NCBI GenBank assembly: GCA_964549615.1
Contig: CAZJVP010000075.1
Location: 1 to 18,845 of the forward strand
DNA: 18,845 bases
Direction: 5' to 3'
Source: an uncultured Thermococci archaeon
GTDB lineage: Archaea > CAYQAE01 > CAYVLA01
Both the position numbers and the translations under genes were made by a program. The notes beneath the pieces were generated by a model, which saw only the letters and a program-made list of their open reading frames with translations, had not been told where the DNA came from and made no database searches. The first letter of the stretch is position 1, and each line of letters starts with the position of its first letter. Below, one piece after another: positions 17,101 to 18,845 of the stretch.

Positions 17101-18398
17101 AAGCTGATCTCGGACTTAGCACTGCCGTCGGAGACCTGGGCAGCGATGCTGGCGCTGGTGCACGTGTCTGGAACGTTCAGGTCGGTCGTGCCGAGGCCTC
17201 GGAACGTTGGGACGCGCCTAGTCTCCTTCGTTGTGCTACCGTCCTTCAGGTAGTAGGTCGCGTCGACCTGCACAACCCTGTCAAGCGGATCACCGCCCGG
17301 CGTCTCGGTCACCAGCAAGATGTCCAAGGGGAGGCCGGGCTTCACGGTCTCGCTTGAGGGGATGATCTGAACCACGATCGGTGATTGGCATATTCTCAGA
17401 AGAAGCGATTCCTTCTCCTCGTGCCCAGCGCCATCCACGACGCTGACGTTCAGCATCACCGAGCCCATGCCGCCCGCTCCGAGGGTCCCGGCGAGGTAGT
17501 TCACCTCGGGTATCTCGAACCTCGCTGCGCCATCCCTAAGCTTCGCCCTGAAAGTTGCGAATTCCTCCCAGTCAGCCAGGTACTTGTAGGCCCGGATCTC
17601 AACCATGCCGTCCACCGGCTTGCCGAAGAAGTAGTTTGCCTTCACCTCCCCCACGATCTCCTCGTCCACAAGGAACCAGTCCTTTGCGGTCGTGACGTCG
17701 ACGTCGAACTTGGGCAGGACGTACTTCTCGACCCGAATGTCGATGGTTGACATGCCTTCGGCGGCGTTCGCGAGGATCTTCCACGTCCCAAGGTTCAGCT
17801 CATTGGCCAGAAGAAGGTCAAAGCTCGCAACCCCGTACGCATCGGTGAAAAGCTCCTTGCGATATACCTTGACGCCCTTGGCATCGGATATCGAGACGTT
17901 TAGGGGGATCGCAACCGGCTTGAGCTCGGTGTTGAGGGCAAGCACCCTGCCGTGTATCGTCTGCCCCGGCTTGTAGATCGGCTTGTCCGTCTCGATCAGC
18001 AGGGTCAGGGCATCGGCAACCGTAACCTCGCCGCTTACCGATTCCCCGCGACCGGGCGAGGTGAGAACCACCTTATAAAGCCCCTTCTGCATCTGGGGGA
18101 CATCGAACCTCGCTATCAGGTGCCCATCCGGCCCGGTCCTTCCCTCGAAGATGACCAAGCCGTCGCCCTTCTGGTTTGGATCCACAAGAGTCAGCACGAC
18201 CTGCCGGTCGACGGGCTTGCCCGTCTGGGAGGAGAAGGAACTTATGCTCGCAGAGGACTGGGTCCCGACGTAGAGCCGTTTGGGGAACAGCATGATGTAC
18301 TCGGCGGAGGCCGGGTCGGCCAGGATCACGACTGGCGATATGATCTGTCCCAGGAGCAGGATCGAAACTGCCGGCAACAGCCTTCTAGTGCCCGACAT
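14133..18398 (-). CDS. Alpha-2-macroglobulin family thioester-containing protein (CD109/TEP/C3-like), with signal peptide and C-terminal transmembrane anchor
   Basis: Motifs ETDKPIYKPGQT, YVLPKF, VDESVY, VRQFFPETW, VPDTITTW, MPFGCGEQNM, GYQREL...DGSFSAFG, WLTAFV, HQEMMGG, VETTAY, GGFCSTQDT, YYKP; hydrophobic N-terminus ending ASA; C-terminal hydrophobic helix followed by RRR. Confidence 0.95.
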   Translation of the reverse strand: MSGTRRLLPAVSILLLGQIISPVVILADPASAEYIMLFPKRLYVGTQSSASISSFSSQTGKPVDRQVVLTLVDPNQKGDGLVIFEGRTGPDGHLIARFDVPQMQKGLYKVVLTSPGRGESVSGEVTVADALTLLIETDKPIYKPGQTIHGRVLALNTELKPVAIPLNVSISDAKGVKVYRKELFTDAYGVASFDLLLANELNLGTWKILANAAEGMSTIDIRVEKYVLPKFDVDVTTAKDWFLVDEEIVGEVKANYFFGKPVDGMVEIRAYKYLADWEEFATFRAKLRDGAARFEIPEVNYLAGTLGAGGMGSVMLNVSVVDGAGHEEKESLLLRICQSPIVVQIIPSSETVKPGLPLDILLVTETPGGDPLDRVVQVDATYYLKDGSTTKETRRVPTFRGLGTTDLNVPDTCTSASIAAQVSDGSAKSEISLQSVYSPGGYFVHIKQISRGEVRVGDTVTFEVLSTAKRTVYYDVVAGGRTVFSGFTTGRYVSFTATPSMVPKAKLVAYVLNPNMEVSADSLPFDVAMEPPVGLSASFSSETSAPGGTVTLDLKSSAGVATMIGVSIVDESVYALNEGRLNLKQIFDELEKIFMEPQAEAHPQGEMFWWGPMTKGAKEIFEEAGVQVIASSSVNVPQGTPEWVIRGKGGGPWILVEVADQAQGSQPSQPTSGAQGLAEVQRVRQFFPETWYWNPSLLTDRSGHAAVQLTVPDTITTWRLHAVSSSAEGIGMVETSLKVFQDFFVEPDLPYAVTRGEQFPVLVQIYNYLERSQTVQVEITKDDWFQLLDDRVKIVAVPGNSVASVAFTIEPKKIGQFKIEITARTAERADAVRRDILVEAEGTPREIVENGFITQTEPRSLDLSLPDGIVEGSGRVLLSITPSLVGQTISGMEDLLGMPFGCGEQNMMFMAPDLEILRYLDATDQVVPEVRAKAELYLITGYQRELTFRRKDGSFSAFGESDKEGSLWLTAFVLDVFSEAREVLSIDEVVLKEAASWIESLQNANGSWSPFGFVCHQEMMGGLRPEAKSALTAFVAIALTDYGSGNQDSLRRAVSYLEAYGITDDVYSLALTALLLQKVGSPKAEAALLRLLALAQTDENGMYWAPGRERANAVETTAYAALALMLAGRSEAEPAVRWIACQRNSLGGFCSTQDTVMAMKALMTAARLQSRNINSTIDVVVDGSTIAKIKLTEDNFDVLQVLQMPAGAKRLELVMAGEGKVMFQLAKRFNVPGEVFVNPEFMLEVKYNTTSAEVDDIVDVYVRVRYDGPYNSTGMTILDIAVPTGFAPVQSSLDEVVSQGLATRVEVAGRKVIFYIDDLERGRELRIGFKIRALFPVRALGGTSRAYSYYKPDVRTEAAGQKFVVSGEVASKFGPEPAEPGPAGGTIGTVRAPTTILPLAMGLILVGCLAVLSLRMALRRR

Positions 18399-18613
18399 TC
18401 AAATCACCAAGAGGCCTATGAGCTTCTTTTTACCGGGCTTCCCCGGATCACGCGCCCAATCTGGAGTGAAACGATACAAATAGCTTCCGTGAAACGGTCC
18501 GGAGTCTGCGAGTTTCCTACGGTCCGGCTTCCCTAGGGACTTTCCGGTGCCTGGCCAAGCCCGGATCTGCGGCCAACCGCATCCGGGGCCGGCCGGGCAC
18601 GCAGCTTTGGGAG

Positions 18614-18845
18614 CTACTTCTGCAAGAACTTCGACAGCTCGAACGGGATCGGGATTATCACGGTGGTGGGCTTGTCCCGGGTCGCATCCATCACCGCCCC
18701 CAACAGCCTCAAGAGCATTGCCCCCGGACTCTGGGTCATCACCTGGGTTGCCTTCGCCAGCTGGTCGGCGGCTTGCTGTTCGCCCTGGGCTATGATGACC
18801 CTGGAGCGCCTCTCCCTCTCGGCCTCGGCCTGCCTGGCCATAGCT
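18614..18845 (-). CDS. SPFH/Band 7 (stomatin-like, slipin) protein, 3' part
   Basis: AMARQAEAERERRSRVIIAQGEQQAA..L......PGAM.LR.L...TTVIIP.P.EL is the typical stomatin C-terminal coiled coil; the ORF runs off the window end. Confidence 0.9.
   Translation of the reverse strand, partial: AMARQAEAERERRSRVIIAQGEQQAADQLAKATQVMTQSPGAMLLRLLGAVMDATRDKPTTVIIPIPFELSKFLQK

Noticed and set aside
12828-18398. Integrated element at the tRNA carrying the dehydrogenase and thioester protein genes
   Set aside because: No integrase, transposase or duplicated tRNA end is visible, and these genes lie on the tRNA's 5' side.
1-18845. CRISPR array, rRNA or IS elements
   Set aside because: No regularly spaced repeats, rRNA signatures or transposase-like ORFs were seen.

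Overview
GC-rich archaeal chromosomal window, judged from BRE/TATA promoters, GGAGGTG-type Shine-Dalgarno (SD) sites, archaeal gene families and BHB-type tRNA introns. From left to right it holds: the 5' part of rpl7ae; a clustered lower 'archaeal/modified' mevalonate pathway (mvk, UbiD-family AMPD, AcnX-type PMDh large and small subunits, fni, and a divergent ipk); a helicase-only Hef/FANCM-like gene ending in a PIP box; a small hypothetical gene; nadX-nadA-nadC; the UPF0148/UPF0147 divergent pair; a candidate 27-aa membrane microprotein; a degenerate RecA/RadB-like gene; a tRNA-Gln(CTG) gene split by three BHB introns; a Zn-dependent dehydrogenase; a 1421-aa alpha-2-macroglobulin-family protein; and the 3' end of an SPFH/stomatin gene. 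Two features stand out. The first is a secreted, C-terminally membrane-anchored thioester protein with metazoan-type (CD109/TEP/complement C3-like) motifs, an intact GCGEQ and a C3-like catalytic His. The second is the triple-intron tRNA, which an ORF call hides. Family assignments come from motif recognition only; no database searches were run.
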